A DNA stretch of 64,000 nucleotides from Candidatus Thorarchaeota archaeon (GCA_048882485.1 JBHLRP010000001.1:281466-345465); one strand, 5' to 3'; shown: positions 47,732-58,190, counted from the stretch's first letter. A program made the numbers and translations. The notes: generated from the sequence alone by a model not told the origin.

Positions 47732-48244
47732 GTGAGTGAACCTGACTTTGTCTACAAAATTGTGTTCCTTGGGGAATCTGGAGTTGGAAAGACATCCCTA
47801 GTTCAGAGATTCGTATATGACAGTCTAAGTCCAGAGATGGCCCAGACCATCGGAGCCGTTCTGCATGTGAAGACTATTACACTCGATGACACGAACTACA
47901 AATTGATAGTGTGGGATCTTGGAGGCCAAGAGTCCTTCAAGCAGTTGCGTGTGCAATTTTGTACGAATGCGAGTGGGGCATTTTTTGTCTTTGACCGTGG
48001 TCGACCAGAGACACTAGGTACAATTGACACCTGGCTTGAGTCGCTATATTCCTCTGCAGGGAAGGTCCCAACAACGGTGGTTGAGAACAAGATTGACCTC
48101 GATCCAGTATTTAACCAGAAGGCTATCCAGTCTGAGATTGACAAGCGTGGCCTGAAACTTATGCAGACAAGTGCTACTGAAAGTCTGAATGTGGACAAGA
48201 CCTTTGAGGACCTTGTGCGAACTATCCGTGAGGCCAAGTCTTAG
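47732..48244 (+). CDS. Rab-like small GTPase (2 of 2)
   Basis: YKIVFLGESGVGKTS, QTIG, WDLGGQ, ENKID, TSAT. Confidence 0.92.
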   Translation: MSEPDFVYKIVFLGESGVGKTSLVQRFVYDSLSPEMAQTIGAVLHVKTITLDDTNYKLIVWDLGGQESFKQLRVQFCTNASGAFFVFDRGRPETLGTIDTWLESLYSSAGKVPTTVVENKIDLDPVFNQKAIQSEIDKRGLKLMQTSATESLNVDKTFEDLVRTIREAKS

Positions 48245-48936
48245 TGTGGAGCATCTGCCGCACTGCCTTTGTATGCTAGACCCAGCTTCTTCTTTTCTCC
48301 TGTTACCATATACACAGCGCGTTCTGCAATTGCAAAAGCTTGATCCGCTGCCCGTTCGCAGTACCGACCAACGATTACATAGAACATCGCCATTGTTGTG
48401 ATGTCCTTTCTTTTTCTGAGATAATCAGCAATTTCCTCAAACATCTCAGAGGTTTCGCGATCGCTATCAGCCTCCATCTTCTCCAGGTCATCGATGCCTG
48501 AGAGGTCATTCTCTAGGACTCCCTTCATCGCAATCTCAAGAGTCTTATTCGCTAAATCCGCCAAATAGGGCAGCGATTCAAGCTCTTTAAAGTGCTCGAT
48601 ACCCTCACACAGCTTGACTATATGAGCAATCTTGTAGGCGTATCTACCAACTCGATGCAGATGATGAGCTACCTGTAGATATGTGGCGAGCCTCCGAAGA
48701 TCCGATGCAACTGGTTGCCTTCTAGCAATGGTTTCGAATACCTTGGCTTCGACTTTCGCGGAAAGCTCCTCTATCTTCTTTGAGTTCTCCTTTACCTCCG
48801 ACGCCATCTCTTGGTCAAGATATTCAAAAGCTTTCATTGACTGCATGAATGCTCCTGTTGAAAGCTCATGTAGCTCCTTTAGACGATTGCCAATTTCTTC
48901 AATGTGAATCTCAAGTTGTGTCCGCATAGCGCTCAC
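48241..48936 (-). CDS. phoU: Phosphate transport regulator PhoU
   Basis: 'IARRQPVASDLR', 'RVGRYA..IA', 'ERAADQA..IAE'; last gene of the pst operon. Confidence 0.9.
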   Translation of the reverse strand: MSAMRTQLEIHIEEIGNRLKELHELSTGAFMQSMKAFEYLDQEMASEVKENSKKIEELSAKVEAKVFETIARRQPVASDLRRLATYLQVAHHLHRVGRYAYKIAHIVKLCEGIEHFKELESLPYLADLANKTLEIAMKGVLENDLSGIDDLEKMEADSDRETSEMFEEIADYLRKRKDITTMAMFYVIVGRYCERAADQAFAIAERAVYMVTGEKKKLGLAYKGSAADAPH

Positions 48937-49710
48937 CTATCCTATTCTTCCAGTGATAAATGCCTCCGTTCGCTCGTCGCCAGGTGCTTCAGCAATTCTT
49001 TTTGTCTTATCAAACTCGACCAGCTCCCCTAAGTACAGAAATGCTGCTTGGTCTGAAACTCTGAATGCCTGCTGAACATTATGAGTGACAATTATGATGG
49101 TGTAGTCTTTCTTTAGCTCTATAATCAGATCCTCTATCTTTCCCGCACTTATTGGATCAAGTGCCGATACAGGTTCATCCATCAATAACACTGGAGGATC
49201 AACCGAGAGGGCTCTGGCTATACATAGGCGCTGTTGTTGACCTCCGGAGAGATTCGGAGCTGGCTCATCAAGACTGTCCTTTACCTCATCCCATAAGGCG
49301 GCCTTCTTCAGCGATTGCTCCACCATCCTTTCCAGCTCATTCTCATCTTTCATTCCGTGAAGCTTGGGACCAAATGTTATGTTTTCACGCACACTCATAG
49401 GGAACGGGTTGGGACGCTGAAAGACCATTCCGACGCGTCGCCTTAGTTCATATACATCTGAATCGGGGGCATAGATATTCATGCCTTCGAGAAGCACTTC
49501 ACCAGTCATCCTGAAACTGCCAATTGTGTCATTCAATCGATTGAGACTTCGCAGAAGAGTCGACTTTCCACATCCGCTGGGACCCATTACTGCAGTCACT
49601 GAGTCGTCCTCGAAGTAGCAGCTAATCTCTTTCAGGATCTTCTTCCTCCCAAACCAGGTTGTGAGGTTCTTGACCTCCATTTTGTATTGATGTGACATTG
49701 GTTTAGACAA
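48937..49710 (-). CDS. pstB: Phosphate ABC transporter ATPase
   Basis: GPSGCGKST, 'GMVFQRPNPFPMS', 'LSGGQQQRLCIAR', 'DEPVSALDP'. Confidence 0.96.
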   Translation of the reverse strand: MSKPMSHQYKMEVKNLTTWFGRKKILKEISCYFEDDSVTAVMGPSGCGKSTLLRSLNRLNDTIGSFRMTGEVLLEGMNIYAPDSDVYELRRRVGMVFQRPNPFPMSVRENITFGPKLHGMKDENELERMVEQSLKKAALWDEVKDSLDEPAPNLSGGQQQRLCIARALSVDPPVLLMDEPVSALDPISAGKIEDLIIELKKDYTIIIVTHNVQQAFRVSDQAAFLYLGELVEFDKTKRIAEAPGDERTEAFITGRIG

Positions 49711-50680
49711 TCCTCCGTGTCAGTTTCCTAAGAATGATATTCGCAATGATGTCAACTGCCAGAACCATTAGAAGAAGTACAAGCGCAGCTCCATGAGCTT
49801 TGGCCTGCAGGTGCCCCCTGGGATCAGTAATGTAGGACCAGACCGTGTAGGGAAGAGAGGCGACCCATGATCCTCCACCAGTAATGCTTGTTGGAACGCC
49901 GAGGGTGTTTCCAGCTGTGAAAATAAGCGGAGCGGTTTCTCCCATCACCCTTCCAATAGCTAGGAGTATTCCTGTTATGATTCCTGGAATAGCCGCGCGA
50001 ATTGTAACATTCCAGGTTGTGGTCCATTTTGTCGCACCCAATGCCAAGGATGCTTCTCTTAGTGCCATAGGAACTTGCTTGAGTGCTTCTTGAGTAGTGC
50101 GCAACACAGTAGGTATCATCATAAAAGCCAAGGTGAAACCTCCGGCTATCAAGCCCATTCCAATATGAAGGAAATCTACAATAAATGCAAATCCAAATGC
50201 TCCGAAGACGATCGAAGGAATACCAGCTAGAACATCCGCTGCGAACTCGACTATACTGGTGACTCTCCCAGGTTTTGCATACTCTGTGATGTAAATTGCT
50301 CCTAGGACACTGAGGGGAATTCCCACCATACAGGCAACAGCCATCAGCAGGATTGTCCCTGCAATGGCATTTCTGATTCCGCCCTCCAATCCTGGCCCGG
50401 GAAAGGTGCCAAAGAATTCTAAGCCTTGCCCAGGGCCTGATCCAAAGACTTCAGGAATTCCAACAGAAAGAACTTGGATAAGTACTAGGAAGAATGGAGA
50501 TACAATGATTAGGACGCAGATTCCTAGCAATATCTTGAATGTGAAGTCCGAGAATGTTCTTCTTGAACTCACCTGCATTTTGAGATAGCGTGATAGTTGC
50601 GTGATTCTGCTATAAGGAATGGGAGTTGTTCCATTGTCTTCGTATTCCTGCTCTTCTGATATAGTCGTTTGCTCACTCAT
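49703..50680 (-). CDS. pstA: Phosphate ABC transporter permease PstA
   Basis: 'LAGIPSIVFG', 'LREASLALGATKW', 'RVMGETAPL'. Confidence 0.94.
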   Translation of the reverse strand: MSEQTTISEEQEYEDNGTTPIPYSRITQLSRYLKMQVSSRRTFSDFTFKILLGICVLIIVSPFFLVLIQVLSVGIPEVFGSGPGQGLEFFGTFPGPGLEGGIRNAIAGTILLMAVACMVGIPLSVLGAIYITEYAKPGRVTSIVEFAADVLAGIPSIVFGAFGFAFIVDFLHIGMGLIAGGFTLAFMMIPTVLRTTQEALKQVPMALREASLALGATKWTTTWNVTIRAAIPGIITGILLAIGRVMGETAPLIFTAGNTLGVPTSITGGGSWVASLPYTVWSYITDPRGHLQAKAHGAALVLLLMVLAVDIIANIILRKLTRRIV

Positions 50681-50681
50681 C

Positions 50682-51635
50682 TCAACTCATCCCCCTGGTT
50701 TTCATTCCCCAGCGAATGAATAGCTTCGCCATAATTGTGAATGAGATTGACATTAACATCAGAACAAGTGCAACTGCAAATAGAGCTGAACGCCAGAGTG
50801 GAAAGACAAATGCATAGCCCAACTGGTTTGTGATAATGGAGGTCATTACATAGGTGGGATCAAACAGGGAGAATGGTATTTGCAGAGCATTGCCCGTCAC
50901 CATAAGAACCGCCATTGTTTCGCCCACTGCCCTTCCAAGCGACAACACAATTGCTGCTCCAATCCCCGGCATTGCCGCTCCCATGACGACTTTCCTCGCT
51001 GTTTCAGTGCTCGTTGCGCCCAGAGCAAGAGATGCCTCTCGGAGTGTCATTGGCACAGACCGAAGTGCATCATCAGAGACTGTTACTATTGTGGGAAGAA
51101 GCATAATCGCCAGAATGATTCCTCCGGCTAGTAGGCTAAGACCATTTGATTCAATCCCAAATGCAGGTGCTAGTACTGACGCTATCCAAGGCACAATCAC
51201 GAGATACGCCCAGAGGCCATAGACTATCGATGGGATTGCTGCCATCATTTCAATTACCATTCTAATTGGTCCCCTGAGCCGATGAGGACAGAACTCACTC
51301 AGGAAAAGCGCACCAGCCATTCCTAGCGGGACTGCAATCCCTATTGCAAGTAGTGTACACATGAAGGAGCCAGCTATGAAGATAGCTATACCATAGAGAT
51401 CTCGATTTGGATCCCAAGTAGTATTGGCAATGATTCCTATACCTCCCTCTGGGCTGGCAAAGATTAGAGCAGACTCATACCAAAGAAATGTCAAAATGAG
51501 GACTATGACCGCCGAACTAGCAAATGCTGGCACCAATAGGCCAAATCTACCAAACAAATCAATTCTTGCTGAGCCCCTTGCCGTCTTGATCTCGTGGATG
51601 ATATGTGAGATATTTTCCTTAATTTGCTGGCTCAT
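50682..51635 (-). CDS. pstC: Phosphate ABC transporter permease PstC
   Basis: 'AAIPSIVYGLW', 'REASLALGAT', 'GRAVGETMAVLMVTGN'. Confidence 0.94.
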   Translation of the reverse strand: MSQQIKENISHIIHEIKTARGSARIDLFGRFGLLVPAFASSAVIVLILTFLWYESALIFASPEGGIGIIANTTWDPNRDLYGIAIFIAGSFMCTLLAIGIAVPLGMAGALFLSEFCPHRLRGPIRMVIEMMAAIPSIVYGLWAYLVIVPWIASVLAPAFGIESNGLSLLAGGIILAIMLLPTIVTVSDDALRSVPMTLREASLALGATSTETARKVVMGAAMPGIGAAIVLSLGRAVGETMAVLMVTGNALQIPFSLFDPTYVMTSIITNQLGYAFVFPLWRSALFAVALVLMLMSISFTIMAKLFIRWGMKTRGMS

Positions 51636-51649
51636 ATATCAACCACCTC

Positions 51650-52702
51650 TCACGAGTCTGTTGGATTCAGGGATGAAATCACATTGATTGAATAGATGAT
51701 GGCAGAGGTTCCATTGATTGGCACATAGCCAACGCCGGATATGAACGTCTGTCCCCGAGTAAGAACCCAATTCATAAACACTAGGACATGCCAAGCAATA
51801 TTATCCTCGTGAATCATGTAATAAAGGAGTCGTGCAATTGGGTATGCCCCTTCTAGATTTGAGTTCATTAGATTCGCTCCTGGATCGGACAATACAGATG
51901 GTAGAGCCTTCAGTGCATTCTCAAGAGAGGGCTCGATATATTCATCAATTGATGGATTGTACAAATATGCTGGAACTAGTCCCTCCATAAATGCTAGGCC
52001 AACATAGCCAATTCCTTGCGCGTCGCTTAAAACTCCTGCCGCAACCCCGGGATTCCCATCAACAGAGCTTATCGCTGGGGCCCATGACAATGTTTCACCA
52101 TGTCCTAATCTCCAAGTGTAGTTTCCAAATGGGTTGGCAGTTTCATCAGAGGTTTCAAGCCATTTGGCGAAGGTGGCTGTTGTTCCGCTAGCATCCGAAC
52201 GGACATATACATTGATGGACCCAGTTTGCTCGACGGTGACTCCGAAGGTGGATTCTAGCTCCTCCCATGTGGAGATGTTTCTCTGGAAGATTGCGACAGC
52301 CATATCACAGTCGAGCTTGAATGATGAGCTGTTGACTTCTGGATTGACAACAATGCCCAAAGCATCTGCTGACACTGGGACTATCTTTACACCAGGATTT
52401 GTCATTATATAGTCTTCATCGGGGTATGAGCTTGTTGCTCCTATATCGATCAATTGCTGGGCAATTTGGGATTGACCCAGACCGGAACCCCCCGTGCTTG
52501 GGTTTACAACAAAGGCTGGGTAGTCAAATTGGAAGCGAGTCGCCCATTCTTGGGAGAGAGTGAACACCGTCGTCGAGCCAGCAGTAGTAATAGTATACGG
52601 TCCTCCCGCAAAATCTCCAGGCGGAGTCAAGATTACAGCAAACCCAAATGCAATGAGCATGCCAAAAGCAAACACCACTAGTTGTCTTTTAATGCTGGCC
52701 AT
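51650..52702 (-). CDS. pstS: Phosphate ABC transporter substrate-binding protein
   Basis: 'AGSTT', 'GGSGLG', 'RSDASGTT', 'YPIARLLY'; N-terminal TM anchor. Confidence 0.92.
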   Translation of the reverse strand: MASIKRQLVVFAFGMLIAFGFAVILTPPGDFAGGPYTITTAGSTTVFTLSQEWATRFQFDYPAFVVNPSTGGSGLGQSQIAQQLIDIGATSSYPDEDYIMTNPGVKIVPVSADALGIVVNPEVNSSSFKLDCDMAVAIFQRNISTWEELESTFGVTVEQTGSINVYVRSDASGTTATFAKWLETSDETANPFGNYTWRLGHGETLSWAPAISSVDGNPGVAAGVLSDAQGIGYVGLAFMEGLVPAYLYNPSIDEYIEPSLENALKALPSVLSDPGANLMNSNLEGAYPIARLLYYMIHEDNIAWHVLVFMNWVLTRGQTFISGVGYVPINGTSAIIYSINVISSLNPTDS

Positions 52703-52860
52703 TCCTTACTTCTCCTTTCTCAGGTATGTCGGCGAGGTCTAACCATAATAAGCAATACGTATCAATACATCAGCACATCTATCTTGTACAGAACTTTTGG
52801 ATTTTAGATGCGAATTTGAATACTTTGTAGGTTTATATACCAGATACGCACGATGCGTGT

Positions 52861-54468
52861 ATGCAAGAGGCGGAGATTGCCTTCAATATTATTGGCGGAC
52901 TTGCTCTCTTTATGTTTGCCATCACAATGTTGAGGGAAACCTTGGGGAAACTGTCGGGGGCACGTGTTGTCAGAATCCTAGAGCGAGTTAGCAGTAATCC
53001 GATAAATGGCATGGCCGCTGGGACAGCCACTACATTCATGACGCAGAGCTCAAGCATCACAGTACTAACTCTGATTGGATTTGTTAATGCGGGCATGATG
53101 ACATTCAGGCAATCAGTCAATATCATGTTGGGGTCAGAGATTGGCACCACGGTGACAGCACAGCTTGTTTCCTTCGACATAGGTTTGGCGTTTTGGCCAC
53201 TTGTAGCCATTGGTTTCTTTATGAGTTTCTTCTTTAAGAATGAAAAAGTCAAACTTACAGGAAAGGTAATCTTCAGCCTGGGTCTGCTCTTCCTTGCAAT
53301 GGACTTCATGAAACAGGGAGCAAGACCCCTAACAACTGACTACCCCTTCTTTAGGGACCTTATCAATGACTACGGAGCTATTCCCCTTTATGGGATTCTA
53401 ATTGGTGCTCTGATTGCGGGAATAACACAGAGCAGTTCAGCAACGACAAGTCTTGTTATTGCAATGGGTGCAGCAGGAGTCATAGATTTGGGGCCAGGAA
53501 TCGCTCTCGTGATGGGAGCCAACATTGGCACTTGTTTTCTTGAGTTGTTCGCCGCTATTGGTGCCACTACTCCGGCAAAAAGAACTGCTATTGCTCAGAC
53601 ATTGATTAATGTCATTGGGGTTGCGATTTTCCTTCCTATCTTGGCACCTTTTACCGTTCTAACCGAATATACCGCGGTGGAGCTACCGAGGCAGCTCGCC
53701 AATGCGCATACGATATTCAATGTAATAGTGAGCTTCATCTTTGTGCCTCTTGTAGGTGGCTTAGTAAAACTGTGTGAGCGCCTCATACCTGACAAGGAAG
53801 GCGAGATTATTGGTCGCTACCATTTTGATGACCAAATGCTGAATATACCCCAAGCAGCACTAATCGAAGCAGAACGTGAGATTATTCGCACTGCCGAATT
53901 GACTATGCAAATGATTCAACGAAGCAAAGAGGCACTTCTTCACGGTCAGACCGACGAAGGTGATAGAGTCATGCTTCTGGAAGATGAGGTAGATGACCGA
54001 TGTAGGACCACCGAAGAATTCATCGACAAGATTCGAGAGGAGGAATTAGGCCAGTTTGACATCATTTGGCGCATGAAGCTACTTGCAGTTTTAACTGATG
54101 TCGAACGTGTTGGAGATCTCTCTCAGAACCTTGCGGAATTCGCACTCCATCGTTTCAGGAATGGTGTGACTTTCTCAGATGCCGCAATCAATGACCTATC
54201 AAAAATGTTCGAAATGGTTGAAGAGACCTACGCCACTTCAATCGAAGCTCTGCGAACCCGAAACAAAGATTTGGCAAGAGTAGCTGTACACATGGAAGAC
54301 GAAGTCGATGTTTTCGAGCGAGAGATCCGAGAAGCCCATATCCAACGCCTTAGAGATGGCATTTGCGTGGCGGAAGCGGACACTGTATTCGTGGAGTCTA
54401 TCAGGAACCTTGAGAGAATAAGTGATCATGCAGACAACATTGCTCTCGATGTTATAATGGAGCACTAG
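52861..54468 (+). CDS. Na+/Pi cotransporter (PNaS family) with C-terminal PhoU domains
   Basis: Two QSSS repeats, 'GSEIGTT' and 'GANIGT', 'ERVGD', 'ERISDHADNIA'. Confidence 0.92.
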   Translation: MQEAEIAFNIIGGLALFMFAITMLRETLGKLSGARVVRILERVSSNPINGMAAGTATTFMTQSSSITVLTLIGFVNAGMMTFRQSVNIMLGSEIGTTVTAQLVSFDIGLAFWPLVAIGFFMSFFFKNEKVKLTGKVIFSLGLLFLAMDFMKQGARPLTTDYPFFRDLINDYGAIPLYGILIGALIAGITQSSSATTSLVIAMGAAGVIDLGPGIALVMGANIGTCFLELFAAIGATTPAKRTAIAQTLINVIGVAIFLPILAPFTVLTEYTAVELPRQLANAHTIFNVIVSFIFVPLVGGLVKLCERLIPDKEGEIIGRYHFDDQMLNIPQAALIEAEREIIRTAELTMQMIQRSKEALLHGQTDEGDRVMLLEDEVDDRCRTTEEFIDKIREEELGQFDIIWRMKLLAVLTDVERVGDLSQNLAEFALHRFRNGVTFSDAAINDLSKMFEMVEETYATSIEALRTRNKDLARVAVHMEDEVDVFEREIREAHIQRLRDGICVAEADTVFVESIRNLERISDHADNIALDVIMEH

Positions 54469-54545
54469 ACCAAGTCCATTTGTGGAAGAGTTTATGATGA
54501 CATCCTGCAGAGCTAAGATAGTTGGCCCAAATGGGAGACTGACGC

Positions 54546-55379
54546 ATGGCCGGAAAGAAGCTCAACGATTTGGATGGGAAGGAGTGGGTTAAGAGCACTA
54601 AGTCTTGGTTTGTAGTCAATCCACGCTCTAGAAGTAAAAATCAGATGACTCATCCAGCGAAATTCCCAGAGGAACTTGTGACTCGTTTTGTGGAGTATTT
54701 TACGAGAGCAGGGGGCTGGGTCATTGATCCTTTTGCTGGAGTAGCAAGTACCATGGTTGCATGCAAGGCAATAGACCGCAGTTCGATTGGAGTAGAACTC
54801 AATCCTGAGTTTGTCGAGATTGGACAACAAGAATTGAACTCAACTTCAGGTTCTGGAAATCATCATATCCTAACAGGTGACTCGATGGACATCGCGGCTA
54901 TTTTGGAAACACAGTTCGGCGATGAGGTGCCGGAGTTTGACTACCTAATCACCTCGCCACCGTACTACAACATGCTCAGGAAATCGAGAGGTGGAAATGA
55001 AACTGTTCACAAAGAGAGGGGTGAGAAGGGACTTAAGCAGCATTATAGCAGCTCTTCTTCTGACTTGGGTAATATAGACTCTTATGATGAGTATATAGAA
55101 AATGTTGGCCTAGTCATTGATGCGGTGTACCCCTATTTGCGAAATGGAGCATATCTGACAGTTATAGTTCAAAACATGCGAGATGAAGGGAACCTCTTTC
55201 GACCCATTGCATGGGATCTGGCAAGACGTTTCTCTGAGGTCTATGAATTGCGTCAGGAACAAGTTTGGTGTCAGGACAACAAGCGGCTAGGATGCTGGGG
55301 CTTTCCTTCCACATATGTATCGAATGTGCACCATCATTACTGTCTAATTCTCCAGAAGCAGGTCGTGAATGATGATTAA
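54546..55379 (+). CDS. Orphan amino-DNA methyltransferase (N4-C/N6-A)
   Basis: 'HPAKFP', motif I 'DPFAGVAS', motif IV 'TSPPYY'. Confidence 0.85.
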   Translation: MAGKKLNDLDGKEWVKSTKSWFVVNPRSRSKNQMTHPAKFPEELVTRFVEYFTRAGGWVIDPFAGVASTMVACKAIDRSSIGVELNPEFVEIGQQELNSTSGSGNHHILTGDSMDIAAILETQFGDEVPEFDYLITSPPYYNMLRKSRGGNETVHKERGEKGLKQHYSSSSSDLGNIDSYDEYIENVGLVIDAVYPYLRNGAYLTVIVQNMRDEGNLFRPIAWDLARRFSEVYELRQEQVWCQDNKRLGCWGFPSTYVSNVHHHYCLILQKQVVNDD

Positions 55380-55429
55380 TCTTACCTAGGCCTGAATGAA
55401 ATCTATCCCCTGAAACAAGTGGTTAAGAT

Positions 55430-57136
55430 TCAATAATGCGAACCCGAGTCGTGGAACTGAAATCCGTCAAAGTCATTGTCGGCATCCATGACGAGTGTTT
55501 CCACTGTGGAACAACCATCAACTAGACCTTGCTCAGTGTCAAATGGTGAGGTGGTGTTAGCAATAACCACCACTTGGAAGGTATATTCACTCAGCAGGAT
55601 TGGTTCCAAGGAGTTCATGCTGTCTTCTGGCGAATACAGAAGGTTCATGACAATTAGCAGTTTGCCACCAACTGGAAGCCAAGGGACAAAGAGTCTGTTA
55701 TCCTCAAGGGTGATTTCCAATCCATCCATGAAGTTGTATGTCCCCGCTGGTATGAACCGATTGCAGCTGCCAATGAAGAGAAACACTGGTCTTGGCCAGC
55801 GTTCAGGTTCCTTAAGCCAGACTGAGAGATGCCGTATGCTGAAGTCTAGAGGTATATCGAGGTTCATCTCCAACTCACAGATGTCTAGAGGCCAGTTGTT
55901 CTCCAAAGTGACAGTGAACATGATTCTATCTGACCAAAACCAAGATCTGTAAATTGATGATTCAAGATTCAGGCTTGCCAATACAACCTCGATAGTGTGC
56001 ATGTCTTCAGTGTTTCCATACTCATCTATACTATAAAATGAAACATTTCGTAATCCATCCTGACGCGAAAGGTGGAAAGACTCATTGTACTCAAGCCAAG
56101 GTCCTGCATCAATCGAATACATAGTCGTGAAATTTGATGGATGTTCGCTTGAAGCTTTGAGATTGAACTCTGTATTTGATGTGACATATGTTGTACCGCT
56201 CATATCCACATAGTGCGTTCCCATATCCAAGGTGGTTACTGGGGGTGCTGTCGGTGTTGGTGGCGGGGCTGGTGGCATTATAGATTCATAGAACTCAATT
56301 GTGAAGTTCCAAACATCACTCCAATCACTGGGATTTCCAGCGATGTCGAAAGCTTGGCATCTCCAGAAGTATGTTCCCTCTTCGAGATTGTAGAGTGTCA
56401 AGTTTAGAGTGGAAGCAGGTACGGTTTCCTGTAGGAAAAGGGTATCTGCCGAGAAGGTGCTTGAGTTATAAACTTCGATAACTGACGACTGCATGCCGCT
56501 GATATCTGATGGCACCTTCCAGTCCAGAGTAGCTGTACCTTGATCAAATTCCATTCCGTCCAAAGGCGCAATCAATGAAGGTTGCCCTTCATATAATGTG
56601 TCGATACGAAATGTCCAAGTTGCACTGAATTCTCCAAGACTGCCATTGAGAGTCCTCACTGCCCAGGAATAATCACCATCAGTTTCACCTGGTATTCCTG
56701 ATGCTGAATTCAACCAAATCTGAAATGAGGTGTCAGCCCATGAGATATAGATCGGTTCAGCCATGCCTGGCATCACAAGCATAAACTCATATCCCTGAGC
56801 GTCTGCAACAGGTTCCCACTCAAAGATAACTGGTCCTGCATCAATTTGACTTTGCCCAAAAATCTCACCATTAGCTGGTGCGATAAGTTCTGGTGGTGGA
56901 AGATCAGATACTATCATTTGTGTAGGAAGTTTTGATGGAAACAACTCGGCGGATTTGCCCGTTGCCATTTCAGCTACATTCCCCGAAGATACAGCGGTAC
57001 TCAGGACTAGTATAAATGCACATGATAGCAATAGGAATATCAACCGATCTCGGCTCTGCAGCTTTTTCCTCTCCCTCAAGCTAAGCCTACTGGTGGTGAG
57101 TCTGCCATCTGATGCACACGCGGTGGTCCAACGCAT
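55430..57136 (-). CDS. Secreted surface protein with tandem fibronectin-III/Ig-like modules
   Basis: Signal/anchor helix; two 'PxLIAPxxG...WxV...Y.W.V/C...G..S..W.F.I' modules; 'TMYSID...YNESF.L..DG...V.FYSIDEYGN.E' module; start probably near 57061-57079. Confidence 0.7.
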   Translation of the reverse strand: MRWTTACASDGRLTTSRLSLRERKKLQSRDRLIFLLLSCAFILVLSTAVSSGNVAEMATGKSAELFPSKLPTQMIVSDLPPPELIAPANGEIFGQSQIDAGPVIFEWEPVADAQGYEFMLVMPGMAEPIYISWADTSFQIWLNSASGIPGETDGDYSWAVRTLNGSLGEFSATWTFRIDTLYEGQPSLIAPLDGMEFDQGTATLDWKVPSDISGMQSSVIEVYNSSTFSADTLFLQETVPASTLNLTLYNLEEGTYFWRCQAFDIAGNPSDWSDVWNFTIEFYESIMPPAPPPTPTAPPVTTLDMGTHYVDMSGTTYVTSNTEFNLKASSEHPSNFTTMYSIDAGPWLEYNESFHLSRQDGLRNVSFYSIDEYGNTEDMHTIEVVLASLNLESSIYRSWFWSDRIMFTVTLENNWPLDICELEMNLDIPLDFSIRHLSVWLKEPERWPRPVFLFIGSCNRFIPAGTYNFMDGLEITLEDNRLFVPWLPVGGKLLIVMNLLYSPEDSMNSLEPILLSEYTFQVVVIANTTSPFDTEQGLVDGCSTVETLVMDADNDFDGFQFHDSGSHY

Positions 57137-57249
57137 GCCGTTGACCCGTTTTAAGGTTTATAACAAAAACAATCGTTTCAATTTTTGCGGAATTCCTTAC
57201 GAAAAATGAGGCGGATGGTTCATAAAGAAGGCACATCTGCGAAGAATCC

Positions 57250-58122
57250 ATGCCTGAAAAACTCCGAGCTCTCAGAATTTCAGATCATCAGGCAGTCAAT
57301 GAACTATGTATGGGAATATGGGGCGGCCGAGACTATGTTCCCGATAGATTTCCGAAATGGATTGGAAATAATCTCAACTATCCGTTTGGCATCTTTGATG
57401 GGCCCGTTCTTCAGGCAATAGGCAATCTCGAAATCAAATCTGCCAATAAGGCTGGATGGGTCAAGGGGCTCAGAGTGAGAGAATCTGCAAGAAGAAGGGG
57501 ACTTGCATCCAAAATTGTCAATCAGATGATTTTGAAAGCCAAGCAAATCGGAATGGACACCTTACGGTATGCAACCAGCTCCAGGAATATAGCCTCAATG
57601 AAAGTAGCAGAGAATCTTGGATTTGCGCTCAAAAATGATGTCCGTTACTTCAGGCTCGAGCCACCATTTCCTCCTCACCCTAGTCCAAGCCCCAGCATCA
57701 TTCCTCTCCAAGTCCTTCCCAAGCGATTGCATGAGATTCTGGAAACTACTGACCTAGTCCAAAGCGAAACATTCCCAATAAGATGGGAGTTTCACAACAA
57801 AGACATCAGTAGCCTAGAAGAAATCCTCGAACGCGAGATTCCCCAAGTTGTCTTTGGCGATACTGGTAAGGCGGAATCCCTGACTTTCGTCTATACCTTC
57901 GAAAGAGATGGCCAGAAGACTACGGCCTTCTCGATTTACTCAACGAATCGAACTGTGTTTGTTGATATATTTTCAAGAGCTCTGGATTATCTCGAAGCCA
58001 CAAAGACTGATCGAGCGGTGTTCTTCCTCGGGCCCAGAGCTGAAACCTGGGTCGAATACATTATTGAAATCCCTGAGGAATTTGCTGGACGTCGATTTAT
58101 TCTCTACGAGATGAAGCTATAG
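57250..58122 (+). CDS. GNAT-family N-acetyltransferase
   Basis: 'DYVP...W', 'WVKGLRV...RRRGLAS', 'NIASMKVAENLGF'. Confidence 0.85.
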   Translation: MPEKLRALRISDHQAVNELCMGIWGGRDYVPDRFPKWIGNNLNYPFGIFDGPVLQAIGNLEIKSANKAGWVKGLRVRESARRRGLASKIVNQMILKAKQIGMDTLRYATSSRNIASMKVAENLGFALKNDVRYFRLEPPFPPHPSPSPSIIPLQVLPKRLHEILETTDLVQSETFPIRWEFHNKDISSLEEILEREIPQVVFGDTGKAESLTFVYTFERDGQKTTAFSIYSTNRTVFVDIFSRALDYLEATKTDRAVFFLGPRAETWVEYIIEIPEEFAGRRFILYEMKL

Positions 58123-58144
58123 ATTGGATGAATCAAGAAAAACT

Positions 58145-58174
58145 AGGGATAGGCTGAGAGATCAGCCTATTCCT
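58145..58174. terminator. GAGA-loop hairpin between convergent genes
   Basis: AGGGATAGGCTGA-GAGA-TCAGCCTATTCCT; U-tract on the minus side. Confidence 0.65.
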
Positions 58175-58190
58175 CAATAACTCGTTGTTT

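Noticed and set aside
52753-52768. CAATAC direct repeat as a PHO box
   Set aside because: Only two 6-bp copies; compatible with chance.
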